This document shows positions 27,125 through 36,519 of a stretch of 48,929 nucleotides of DNA, in pieces (within the stretch, counting starts at the first letter, position 1; every line of letters starts with the position of its first letter). Location of the stretch: contig JAYUZR010000030.1 in NCBI GenBank assembly GCA_043751595.1, positions 1 through 48,929 on the forward strand, read 5' to 3'. Position numbers and translations under genes: made by a program. This DNA is from Candidatus Berkelbacteria bacterium. GTDB taxonomy: Bacteria; Patescibacteriota; UBA1384; CAILIB01. The notes beneath the pieces were generated by a model, which saw nothing but the letters and a program-made list of their open reading frames with translations, did no database searches and had not been told where the DNA came from.

Positions 27125-30100
27125 CTATTTATTCTTACTTGCTGCTGTTTCACCCATCCCCAAATCATCCCAAGGTGATTTATTTGCTTTGAACCAGGCA
27201 TTTCTGGCCTTTTGAGCATCGGTATTAGTTAAGGCTGCGCCCATTACGTCGAGCAGACTTGAAAGACGCCGCGCCGCTGCAGCGGCTTTAGGGTCAGAAA
27301 TACCTGCGGCGATTTCACGATCAACCATCGACTTTAATGAGCTCGCACTATCCCCATAGTATCCTGGATTTGGGCTCATTAGCTCCTTTTTTAGCAAGCT
27401 ACGCGCTGCATCTGCATCAGTCGAATTCGCAAACGATAGATCCCTCACTTTTCCACTAAGAATACTTTTAAAATGCTTGCCGAGCTCAGTGAAATGCGTA
27501 CCCTGCTCATCAATGTCCTTTGCCCTCTGTGCTACGCGAGCATCATACTCTTTAAGATCAGACTTGACTTTCTCTTTACCACTCTCAACATTAGGCATAT
27601 GCCCACCTGCGGTGTCTGCATACTTTTGAATGTCATCTACACTAGCGCCAGAATTGAGCTTAGACATCAGTCCTTGCAAGTAAGGGCGGTTAGCCGCAAG
27701 CTTACCACTATCCACGTCAGCTAGCGCCTTCCGAACATCTACAATAGCCGTAGACCTATTACCACCCTTTACATTACTAATTACGGATAAAGTTAAGGAG
27801 TGAGAATTAACTTGCTTAAAGTTATACTCTCCCAGTGCCTTATCTTTCATTTTCTCAGTAGCTTTAGAGATAGCTTGAGCAGCCCCGGCGTTTTGCAATA
27901 CTGAAGGATTATTTTGGGCGCGCGAATTCCAGTACCATCGGGTCTTATCTGCTTCAGCACTAGCAGCTGTTAACTGAGCACGCTGCTGGCTATCCATCGC
28001 CTTCTCATACAGGGTATGCATCTCCTGCACATTTGCCTGATTAGCCTTCAAGACATCCTTAAGTACTCCGGCCCATATACCTGCTCGCTCCTCTTCTGCT
28101 GCAACGAGTCCTTCCTTGGCTCGATATCCAAACGCAAGAGGACTAGTGGCCAAGAACTGATCAGCCATACCGGCACCCTCTTTTTCAAAACGATTAATGT
28201 GAGCAAGATTAGCCTTTTGATTCTTTTCCACTACTGAAAAGATTGCTTCCATGAGGGCTGGCTCGCGCGTGACAGCACTTTCAACCATATTGACTGTTTT
28301 CCCACCAAACTTCTTAGTGGCGATCCCCGCCCTTTGCAGTCCACTTTTTGGAAGTCTGTCTTGGTATTCTTTATATTTATCCTCATCAGCATAAGCATTC
28401 TTAAACCCCTGAGAATCGCCAACAAATTCCTTGTCTAGTCTCCCAGCAACAGCGTCGAGCCTGCTCTGCTCAGCAATCTTTAAGGCATCAAGTTCACCAG
28501 CCAGCCTTTTTGTTTCAGAATCAATAAAGGTGGCAGATGCGCCGGAACTGACTAAACCAGCAATATGTCCGTCATTAGCTACTACCTTCCTATCTATCCT
28601 TGCCTGAGAAGCTTGATCAAACGATTCCATAGTCTTCCTAATACCTTCCGTCTCTTTAAAGCGAGCAGTCTTTCTTTTCTTTTCAAGGTCCTCAGATTTC
28701 TTCTTACCCTTGGCGATAGTCCCCGCAGCCAAAGGAGCAAGCCACTGCGCACCAATATCCTGACGTACAGCACCATCGTGAAAATTCTTTTTGGCGTTTG
28801 TCCCGGCCGTGTCTGCCAACTTGCCCGCCTTTCTAACTGACCGGTATAGTCCACCAATTCCTACAGCATTTAACCCAGTCATTCCAATAGTGGATCCTAG
28901 TTGCCCCCACTTATCCATAACCCCCTTAAACTCACCCGCCATTTTAAACGGCTGAGTAAGAGCCATGTGCAGGAAGAAGATACCGATTGCAAAGTTAAAG
29001 AGCGTAGCAGCTCCACCCAACCCACCTGCCGCACCCCCGCTCGCCGTTTTTGTTACGTAATCTTGCGACGATCTAATAAAGATTACAGCGAAGGCAATAA
29101 GGGCAGAAGAGATAACTGGCATGAATAACCACCCCTGTGTCGTCTTCCACCAGCGCTTCCAGGCCACTGCCGCCAACGGAAAGTTCATACCCAAGAACGC
29201 AATTGGTGCGAAAGGAATAAGAACTAGGAAAACAATAAACCGAATTAAGAATAAGAACCCAACACAGATTAAGTATGTCGCCGAAACAAGTACAAGAATG
29301 GTAATGAAGAAGTCAAAAGATAACTTACTCCAGTCAAAAGTAAGGTTTGCACCAGGAACGGTATAAACATTGTCGGAAGCAGGAAGAAGCTTTTGAAAAG
29401 TCGTAACCAGGGTAGTAGTTGCGCTAGCAGTCGTCTTGGGATCAAGCGAAGCGATGATAGAGGTGGTTGCGATACGAGATATCTCGATCAGCGCCCGCAT
29501 AATAAAGTAGCTGAGATTTGCCAGAATAAAGCCAAGTACAAGGCCTGGAACAATCTTTTTTAATTGGTAGGTATTTACCTGAAGCTGCAGAATATTAGCA
29601 AGGGCAATCAGGATAAGAAAAATAACCAAAAAGATATTAATTAAATCGAGCATTCTCGAGTTAATCATTCTAATAGTGTCCGCAAAGGGAGTATCTCCGG
29701 TTAGTTGGTACTGTAGATCTCCCGAAGCAAACTTGGGCACAAGAGTCGCTAACTTAGATCCACTTGTAAGAGCAGAGGCATCAGCATCGGTCATGCCGGT
29801 AGCGGCCGCGAAAAAGCCGCCTGCCTCTTTTACAAAAGAATAGGTGACTTGAATTAAGGTAATTACTCCTCCACAAAGGCCGTTCCCGACAACATCAGAA
29901 ATCTTGGCCGGAATCCCTACGATATTTGATTTAACAATTCCACACTGACCACCTGCTGCGTTATCCAGTGCAACTGCGTTATCACTTGCAGGATCAGAAA
30001 AGTCATCTGTTTCTTTATAGGCTGCACCAAAAGAGTCTTTAGCTACTTGCTCGAGCGTAGAGGTTACCGTGCCAATTTTAATTGGAAGTTTCTTGATTTT

Positions 30101-30997
30101 TACAAACTGCGCTGCCCACCTACTTGCCATGCTATCTGTCGTTTCTCCGGAGGTAACATCTTGGGGAATGACAAAAGTATCAGCCCCTATCTGCGCAGTT
30201 ATTTGCCCTTGGGGTTTTTGAATGTCAGCTCCTACGTGAGCCCCAACATTGTTGTAAGCAACCTCTTCTCGCGTAGCGTATTCATACACAAAGGGGTACA
30301 AATAGCCCGTAACCTCAAGTCGCTTATAGCTATTACTCAATCCCCAAAGACTAGAAGCATCGTAAGTAATGGTGACATAGGCATTAGCACCAGCAACAGA
30401 CGCCTGACCAGGACGATACGTACTCGTACTTTTGACTGCAGTATGCAGTTGATCAAGAACAATTATAGAGGACTCAAATCCCCCTCTTGAGCTAGCAATA
30501 CTACTGACATCATCCTGCCACAGTGGCTTACCTGCCTCGGTAAAGACAATTTTCCCTGCATCTACCTTAAAGAATTGCTGTGCATCGGGCGCTTTAGCTA
30601 GGTCTGTATTAATTGCAGTAACCTTTCTACTAATCGCGCTCAAAAACCTCCCCATTCGAGTAAAGAGCTCGACAATGCCAATTTGATAACACTGCGCATC
30701 TCGGCGAGATCCAATATTTGGAGGAGTATCCTCATCGTCCGCAACTTCTCTAAATAGTTTTTTCGGCGGGAATCCCTGACCATTACAATCTAGATCGGTA
30801 AAGGCATTGTACTTTGGCTTTTGCTCTCCAGTTAGTAGCTGCATCGTTGTCCTGAAAGCCTTTTCTTCACTTGCAGGACGAGATGCAAGTCCGCCTAGCG
30901 CAAAAGCATTCCCTGCAGGAAGTAAGACAAAAAACAAAGACAGGGCAACAATAATACGTGCCCGAATCGTAATTACCAGCTGGTGCCTTGCCCTCAT
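27125..30997 (-). CDS. Large membrane protein with VirB6/TrbL-like architecture
   Basis: Signal peptide (AFA|), ~400-aa extracellular part, ~6-7 TM core (RFIVFLVLIPFAPIAFL..WKRWWK), long charged C-terminal tail. Confidence 0.65.
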   Translation of the reverse strand: MRARHQLVITIRARIIVALSLFFVLLPAGNAFALGGLASRPASEEKAFRTTMQLLTGEQKPKYNAFTDLDCNGQGFPPKKLFREVADDEDTPPNIGSRRDAQCYQIGIVELFTRMGRFLSAISRKVTAINTDLAKAPDAQQFFKVDAGKIVFTEAGKPLWQDDVSSIASSRGGFESSIIVLDQLHTAVKSTSTYRPGQASVAGANAYVTITYDASSLWGLSNSYKRLEVTGYLYPFVYEYATREEVAYNNVGAHVGADIQKPQGQITAQIGADTFVIPQDVTSGETTDSMASRWAAQFVKIKKLPIKIGTVTSTLEQVAKDSFGAAYKETDDFSDPASDNAVALDNAAGGQCGIVKSNIVGIPAKISDVVGNGLCGGVITLIQVTYSFVKEAGGFFAAATGMTDADASALTSGSKLATLVPKFASGDLQYQLTGDTPFADTIRMINSRMLDLINIFLVIFLILIALANILQLQVNTYQLKKIVPGLVLGFILANLSYFIMRALIEISRIATTSIIASLDPKTTASATTTLVTTFQKLLPASDNVYTVPGANLTFDWSKLSFDFFITILVLVSATYLICVGFLFLIRFIVFLVLIPFAPIAFLGMNFPLAAVAWKRWWKTTQGWLFMPVISSALIAFAVIFIRSSQDYVTKTASGGAAGGLGGAATLFNFAIGIFFLHMALTQPFKMAGEFKGVMDKWGQLGSTIGMTGLNAVGIGGLYRSVRKAGKLADTAGTNAKKNFHDGAVRQDIGAQWLAPLAAGTIAKGKKKSEDLEKKRKTARFKETEGIRKTMESFDQASQARIDRKVVANDGHIAGLVSSGASATFIDSETKRLAGELDALKIAEQSRLDAVAGRLDKEFVGDSQGFKNAYADEDKYKEYQDRLPKSGLQRAGIATKKFGGKTVNMVESAVTREPALMEAIFSVVEKNQKANLAHINRFEKEGAGMADQFLATSPLAFGYRAKEGLVAAEEERAGIWAGVLKDVLKANQANVQEMHTLYEKAMDSQQRAQLTAASAEADKTRWYWNSRAQNNPSVLQNAGAAQAISKATEKMKDKALGEYNFKQVNSHSLTLSVISNVKGGNRSTAIVDVRKALADVDSGKLAANRPYLQGLMSKLNSGASVDDIQKYADTAGGHMPNVESGKEKVKSDLKEYDARVAQRAKDIDEQGTHFTELGKHFKSILSGKVRDLSFANSTDADAARSLLKKELMSPNPGYYGDSASSLKSMVDREIAAGISDPKAAAAARRLSSLLDVMGAALTNTDAQKARNAWFKANKSPWDDLGMGETAASKNK

Positions 30998-31032
30998 ATA
31001 CCCCCAGTATACGTCCCCCCTCGCCTACCCGT

Positions 31033-31533
31033 CTACCGCAATTTCTCCAGTATTTGCGCTTGGTACTGCAGGGCCTCCGGATACGTTGGATCCAACGCCA
31101 GTGCCTCGGCCACCGCATACTGCGCATAACTCGGCTGGCCTTCTTGCAAAAGCTGCACTGCAACGGCCAAATGCTGTTTTGGGGTCTCCCCTTCTGCCGC
31201 ACGCGAAAGCAGAGCCAGCTGCTGCGAGGCACCCAAATCGGTAAATACAGTAAGACATGCGCGAGGGCTTTTGGCCGCTTGCTCGGCACAGGCCTTACGC
31301 TCTGCTACCGAAGCGCCGTACGCCTCAGCTCGGGTATATGCATGGCTTGCGTCAGCATAGTTAGCTGCTCGCAGTGCACCATCCCCCTTTTGCACAAAGC
31401 GCGGCGCTAAATATGTGCGCTCTACATAGCCACTTGCAGCGCCAAGCCCTAGCCAGAGTAACCCGCCCGTTATCAGAACCGCCGTAATCACCCGCCGAAC
31501 AGGGAGGCGATCGAGGACTACGCTTTGGGCCAC
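31033..31533 (-). CDS. Membrane-anchored TPR-like protein
   Basis: N-terminal TM; ALALDPTYPEAL TPR-like motif. Confidence 0.6.
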   Translation of the reverse strand: MAQSVVLDRLPVRRVITAVLITGGLLWLGLGAASGYVERTYLAPRFVQKGDGALRAANYADASHAYTRAEAYGASVAERKACAEQAAKSPRACLTVFTDLGASQQLALLSRAAEGETPKQHLAVAVQLLQEGQPSYAQYAVAEALALDPTYPEALQYQAQILEKLR

Positions 31534-33602
31534 GCCGAAGTTGCCAGTAAGGTTTCTGGAGTCTCAGGAAGCAGCTGCCAGATAGCCTCGGTTACAAATG
31601 GCATAAAGGGATGCGCCATTTTGAGCGAGTTAAGCAAGGTCTGCCAAAGCAGGGCGCAGGTAGCGCCGTCTACTTTTCCATCGGCATCCAGCTGTTTTTT
31701 AGCCGCCTCAATGTAGACATCTGCAAACTGGTGCCAGATAAACTCGTGGATTTCTTGTAGGGCTGGCCCGTAGCGATAGGCGGCAATGTGCTGCTCAACG
31801 GTAGCGAGTGCAGCGGAGAACTGCTGAGTAATCAGCTTATCGGCATCAGTAGTGGCCACGGCAGCAGGCAGTTGTGAAGGCATGCGCTCGCCCAAGGTCA
31901 TCAATACAAAGCGGCTAATATTCCAAAGCTTGTTGGCAAAGTTGCGCCCTCCTACCATCTTCTCTTCTGGGAGCGGCATATCTGAACCTGCACTACTACC
32001 AATTACCATACCAAAGCGCAGCGCATCGGTGCCGTACTTTGCGGCAAGCTCCAGCGGAGAAACCACGTTACCCTTAGACTTGCTCATCTTTTTGCCCAGC
32101 TTGTCGTTTACCATGCCGTGGAAGTACACATTCTTAAACGGAACGGCGCCATGTACGTAGAGCCCAAACATAATCATGCGCGGCACCCACAAAAACACCA
32201 GATCGCGCCCGGTTTCCATAACCGTGCTCGGGTAGAAATCTTTGAAGTAGTCTTCGCCGGCAGACTTTAGGACAGCATACGGCCACTGCCCAGATGAGAA
32301 CCAGGTATCAAAGGTATCGGTATCATTGGCTACTTCAGGAACCTCGGGCATGGCACCCGCGATGGGAATACCCCAGGTAATTTGGCGGCTAATATTCCAA
32401 TCGCGTAAGCCCTCCAGCCAATCAATAAGAATCTTTCGGTAGTTTTCTGGATGGATTACGACATCCCCATTTTTAATTGCCTTAATTGCTTCTTGCGCTA
32501 GTGGCTTTACCTTAATAAACCACTGCGGCATCAGCATTGGCTCAATAAGCTGCTTGCTTTTGTAGCACAGGCCAACCGTATGCTTATAGTTGGGCTCGGT
32601 TTTTACAATCATACCAAGATCCTGCATCTTTTCAGCAACCTTAGTGCGGGCCTCAGCTACCTTCATGCCAGCAAACTCACCAGCAATGGGCAGTAAACGA
32701 CCATCCAAGCCTATTACTTTATTAATAGGAAGGTTGTGGCGCTTGGCGATCTCAAAATCGATGGGATCGTGAGCAGGCGTAATCGTCATAGCGCCAGTTC
32801 CAAACTCTGGCTTAATTACATCATCGGCAATAACAGTAAACTCAGCTTCTTCGCCGGTGGCCGTCATCGCCATAAAACTGGTGCCAATATACTGCTGATA
32901 GCGCTCGTCATCAGGATGCACCACAACGGTTTTATCGCCAAACTTAGTCTCTGGGCGAACGGTAGCCACGGTAATTGGCCCATACTTAATGTAATACAGG
33001 GGCTCAACCCGCTCTTCGTGCTCTACTTCAAGATCTGAATACGCAGTTTGATATTTAACGCTGTAGTTTACGATGCGCTCACCACGATAAATAAGGCCGT
33101 CGCCATACATGCGTCGGAAGGTATCGTACACCTGCTCAACCACCTTATTGTCGAGGGTAAAGCGGTTAACCGACCAATCTACCGAACTTCCCAGCGAGCG
33201 AAGTTGATTCTGAATATTGTGCTGGCTCTGCAAAGTAAAGGCCATCGTCTCGTCGTAAAACTGCTCGCGCGTCATCTTAAAACGAGATCTCCCCTCTTTT
33301 TCGAGAACTTTCTCAAATACCACCTGCGTCTCGATGCCGGCGTGGTCAGTTCCGGGAATCCAGAGGGTGCGATCGCCCAGCATGCGGTGGTAGCGAACCA
33401 AGGCATCTACCTGCGCGTGCTCAAGCGCGTGCCCTACGTGGAGGTTGCCATTGGCGTTTGCCGGAGGCATGACGACGCTGAATACTGGCTTACTAGTATC
33501 GGTGGATGGCTTGAAGGCGCCTTGCTCCTCCCAGAGCTGGTAAATGCGCTCTTCATGCTCACCCGCCACGTAGGCTTTGGGTAAGTATTCAGATGTGTTC
33601 AT
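31518..33602 (-). CDS. valS: Valine--tRNA ligase (short form)
   Basis: HVGH, PGTDHAGI, DWNISRQ, DTWFSS and KMSKS motifs. Ends at ATSAWP, with no C-terminal coiled-coil arm. Confidence 0.96.
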   Translation of the reverse strand: MNTSEYLPKAYVAGEHEERIYQLWEEQGAFKPSTDTSKPVFSVVMPPANANGNLHVGHALEHAQVDALVRYHRMLGDRTLWIPGTDHAGIETQVVFEKVLEKEGRSRFKMTREQFYDETMAFTLQSQHNIQNQLRSLGSSVDWSVNRFTLDNKVVEQVYDTFRRMYGDGLIYRGERIVNYSVKYQTAYSDLEVEHEERVEPLYYIKYGPITVATVRPETKFGDKTVVVHPDDERYQQYIGTSFMAMTATGEEAEFTVIADDVIKPEFGTGAMTITPAHDPIDFEIAKRHNLPINKVIGLDGRLLPIAGEFAGMKVAEARTKVAEKMQDLGMIVKTEPNYKHTVGLCYKSKQLIEPMLMPQWFIKVKPLAQEAIKAIKNGDVVIHPENYRKILIDWLEGLRDWNISRQITWGIPIAGAMPEVPEVANDTDTFDTWFSSGQWPYAVLKSAGEDYFKDFYPSTVMETGRDLVFLWVPRMIMFGLYVHGAVPFKNVYFHGMVNDKLGKKMSKSKGNVVSPLELAAKYGTDALRFGMVIGSSAGSDMPLPEEKMVGGRNFANKLWNISRFVLMTLGERMPSQLPAAVATTDADKLITQQFSAALATVEQHIAAYRYGPALQEIHEFIWHQFADVYIEAAKKQLDADGKVDGATCALLWQTLLNSLKMAHPFMPFVTEAIWQLLPETPETLLATSAWPKA

Positions 33603-33749
33603 AGTACAAGCACCTTAGCAAAAGAGTGGAAGCAAGACTATCTCTAGGGAGGCGTGCAAGTGCTGATATAGGATTTTTTCATTTTTCTGGTATTACAGGT
33701 GGTAATCGGACCGCGCCAAGGCGCGGACGGGAATCTCAAGGAGGAAGGT

Positions 33750-33980
33750 ATGAAGACTTTAGTAAGACCAGGGAAGGGCCAGACCCTGACCCCAGTTCAG
33801 AGCACCATTTTAGGGGTGCTAACGACAGCACCCCAGACATGGAAGCAAGTCAGCGACGCGCTCTACAAGGCACATGGGAGCCCGGCGCTTATGGTCAGAG
33901 AAACTGACGCCGCAGAGCTCCCAGCGGGGAAGGTCGTCATTGGTGCGGCCGGTGGCCAGAAAACCTACCGTCTCGCGTAG
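33750..33980 (+). CDS. Small hypothetical protein
   Basis: Strong SD (AAGGAGG) before ATG 33750 and its own terminator. Confidence 0.65.
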   Translation: MKTLVRPGKGQTLTPVQSTILGVLTTAPQTWKQVSDALYKAHGSPALMVRETDAAELPAGKVVIGAAGGQKTYRLA

Positions 33981-33989
33981 GCAAAAAGA

Positions 33990-34032
33990 AAACTCCCCCC
34001 GACACAGTCGCGTCGGGGGGAGTTTCGTTTTT
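33990..34032 (+). terminator. Intrinsic terminator
   Basis: AAACTCCCCCCGAC...GTCGGGGGGAGTTT followed by a T-rich tail. Confidence 0.75.
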
Positions 34033-34123
34033 CAAAAAGCTAAGAAAAGTTGACTACCAAAGTACCAAAATACTGCTACCCTTTTCCTGCCACCGGTCAA
34101 CCAGACCCGGCAAGGAGCACCTT

Positions 34124-35023
34124 ATGACCCAACAACCTCACATCGAGCTAAGCGACCTGGGATTTCCCTACATCCCGTCGCCAGTTCTTCTCACACCAAA
34201 TGGTGTACCGTATCTCAAGCACTCTGGTGTCGCACTCATCTCTAAACCCCAAGTAGACCTCAGCGGGATGAAAGACTACCTGGAGGGGTATGACAAGGAA
34301 CTTGAGTTCCCCCTCTACTTGGAAGATCCAGACGAGCTCCCACCAGCAGAGGAACTCGCGAAAGCTGCGGGACAGCTTTGCTACCAGAGCTTCGGCCCAA
34401 AGCGGACGCACAACAGTGGTGGCGCAGGATACCTTGATCACATCAAGAGTTCAGGTCACGGTTCAGTATTTGAGCATGCCAACTTCAGCCTGCTCTTTTA
34501 TGGGATCGACCGAAGTGTCACCCATGAACTAGTCCGGCACCGTGCCGGGATGGCCTACTCCCAAGTCAGCCAGCGCTACGTCGCTGGCAAAACGCTGCGC
34601 TTTGTTCAGAGGCCAGAGTATCAGAATGATGAGGAACTGGAGGAGCGGTTTATTCGTCGGATTGAGTACGCAGCTCGAGAGTACGATGAAATCGCACAAA
34701 TACTCTTGAGCAGACAAAAGACTGGCACATCCCTCTTAAGTGGCGATGCCAAAACAGAACTAAGAAAGAAGGTAAACCAAGCGGCACGCTCGGTTCTCCC
34801 GAATGAAACCGAAGCTCCAATCATTGTCACCGGTAACGGCCGATCTTGGCGGCACGTACTGGAGATGCGGGCGGCGGCGCCTGCGGAAGTACTCATCCGA
34901 GGCCTGGGCATGCATATCTTCCACTGCTTAGCGCATGCGGCACCTCTTCTTTATCAAGACTATAAGGTAATAACCCTAGAAGACGGCACGCAAGCCGTAG
35001 AAACAAAGTACCGGAAGGTCTGA
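34124..35023 (+). CDS. thyX: FAD-dependent thymidylate synthase
   Basis: GHGSVFEH, ELVRHRAGMAYSQVSQRY (RHR-x7-S ThyX motif), ARSVLPN. Confidence 0.95.
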   Translation: MTQQPHIELSDLGFPYIPSPVLLTPNGVPYLKHSGVALISKPQVDLSGMKDYLEGYDKELEFPLYLEDPDELPPAEELAKAAGQLCYQSFGPKRTHNSGGAGYLDHIKSSGHGSVFEHANFSLLFYGIDRSVTHELVRHRAGMAYSQVSQRYVAGKTLRFVQRPEYQNDEELEERFIRRIEYAAREYDEIAQILLSRQKTGTSLLSGDAKTELRKKVNQAARSVLPNETEAPIIVTGNGRSWRHVLEMRAAAPAEVLIRGLGMHIFHCLAHAAPLLYQDYKVITLEDGTQAVETKYRKV

Positions 35024-35027
35024 AAAT

Positions 35028-35059
35028 AAAGAGCGGCGATCGCAAGGTCGGCGCTCTTT
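35028..35059 (+). terminator. Terminator after thyX
   Basis: AAAGAGCG...GCAA loop...CGCTCTTT hairpin. Confidence 0.55.
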
Positions 35060-35121
35060 GCGTTTAGAGATGTAAACCCCGCCAGAATCCTGCTAATCTG
35101 CACTTGCATAAGCTTACTCCC

Positions 35122-36519
35122 ATGATCTCAACTCTTCGTCGTTTCGTTCGTAAAAAACTACTCCCCCGCCTTTCTCCCGAAACCCTTCGCACACTGCACC
35201 GGGCTGAAAGCGCTCTTACCGCTGCACGACTTGGTTTTCCAGCTCGCGGAATGCTCGTACTGGGTGTAACTGGTACCAAAGGTAAAACAACCACCTCTCA
35301 CTTTGTTTCAGCCATTTTGCGCGAGGCTGGCTATAAAGTTGGCATGATTACCACTGCCACCTTCCAGATTGGCGATGAGGTTACCCTTAACGAGCAGCAC
35401 ATGACGGCTCTTCCTGCCAAAGAGATGAACCTCTTCATTAAGCGCGCAAAAGAAGCAGGCTGCGATGCCCTTATCATTGAAACCAGCTCACACGCGCTGG
35501 ACCAAGAACGGGTATGGGGTGTTCCTTACAAATATGTTGGCCTGACCAACATCACCCACGACCACCTCGATTATCACAAAACTTGGGATGCCTACCAAAA
35601 AGCCAAACTCCGTCTCTTTAAGCGCCGAGGTCTGCGCGCGGCCGTGGTAAATGGGCGCGATAGTTCCGCCGAGCTCTTTTTGGCCGAAACCACTGCTCCC
35701 CGAAAGTGGAGTTACACCCTTGAAGAAGCCGAGCCAACTCCCGGCACTACTGATCACCTTATTGCCCACCACGTTTCTGGAAATGGAAGCCAGGCTAACT
35801 TTATTATTTCTTACAACGGCGAGGAGCAGCGGGTACAGCTTAATTTACCCGGCCGCTTTAGCGTAGAAAACGCCCTGTGTGCCGCCGCTCTCTGTCTTAA
35901 TCTCAACCTAAAACTCGGCACCGTGGTTGCCGGCTTGCAATCAGTTACCACCGTTCCTGGTCGCCTAGAGAAGATTGAGACCCGCAAAGGCTTCTCAGTA
36001 CTGGTAGATTACGCCCACACCCCAGATTCGCTGGAGCAGCTATACAGCACACTTCGCCCTGATGTGCGCGGCCGCATGATTGCTGTATTAGGCTCTACTG
36101 GAGACCGTGACAAAACCAAACGACCAATTATGGGCGCTTTAGCTGCTCGCTTCTGTGATTACGTACTGGTTACCGATGAAGAACCGTATTCTGAAAATCC
36201 TCAAACGATTATTGATGAAGTAGCCGCCGGTGTCCCTCGCGGTCGCCCCCTCTTTAAACCCAATAAGCCAAATCGAGATACCGAGAAACCTCCAGTCCTA
36301 CGCAAGCCTGGCACCGAGCAAGGCGAGGGTGATTGGTGGTGGCGCATAGCTGATCGAAAAGAAGCCATCACTAAGGCAATAGAGATGGCTAAAATGGACG
36401 ATGTCATTTTGGTAACCGGCATGGGCGCCCAGACCACACGATTCACGAATGCCGGCAAAGAACCCTGGAAGGAGCGTGAAATTATCGAAACCATTCTTCG
36501 CGAGAAAAAACTTCTATGA
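35122..36519 (+). CDS. murE: UDP-MurNAc-tripeptide synthetase (MurE)
   Basis: GVTGTKGKTT, ETSSH, TNITHDHLDYH, VDYAHTPD and GDRDKTKRPIMG. Confidence 0.9.
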   Translation: MISTLRRFVRKKLLPRLSPETLRTLHRAESALTAARLGFPARGMLVLGVTGTKGKTTTSHFVSAILREAGYKVGMITTATFQIGDEVTLNEQHMTALPAKEMNLFIKRAKEAGCDALIIETSSHALDQERVWGVPYKYVGLTNITHDHLDYHKTWDAYQKAKLRLFKRRGLRAAVVNGRDSSAELFLAETTAPRKWSYTLEEAEPTPGTTDHLIAHHVSGNGSQANFIISYNGEEQRVQLNLPGRFSVENALCAAALCLNLNLKLGTVVAGLQSVTTVPGRLEKIETRKGFSVLVDYAHTPDSLEQLYSTLRPDVRGRMIAVLGSTGDRDKTKRPIMGALAARFCDYVLVTDEEPYSENPQTIIDEVAAGVPRGRPLFKPNKPNRDTEKPPVLRKPGTEQGEGDWWWRIADRKEAITKAIEMAKMDDVILVTGMGAQTTRFTNAGKEPWKEREIIETILREKKLL

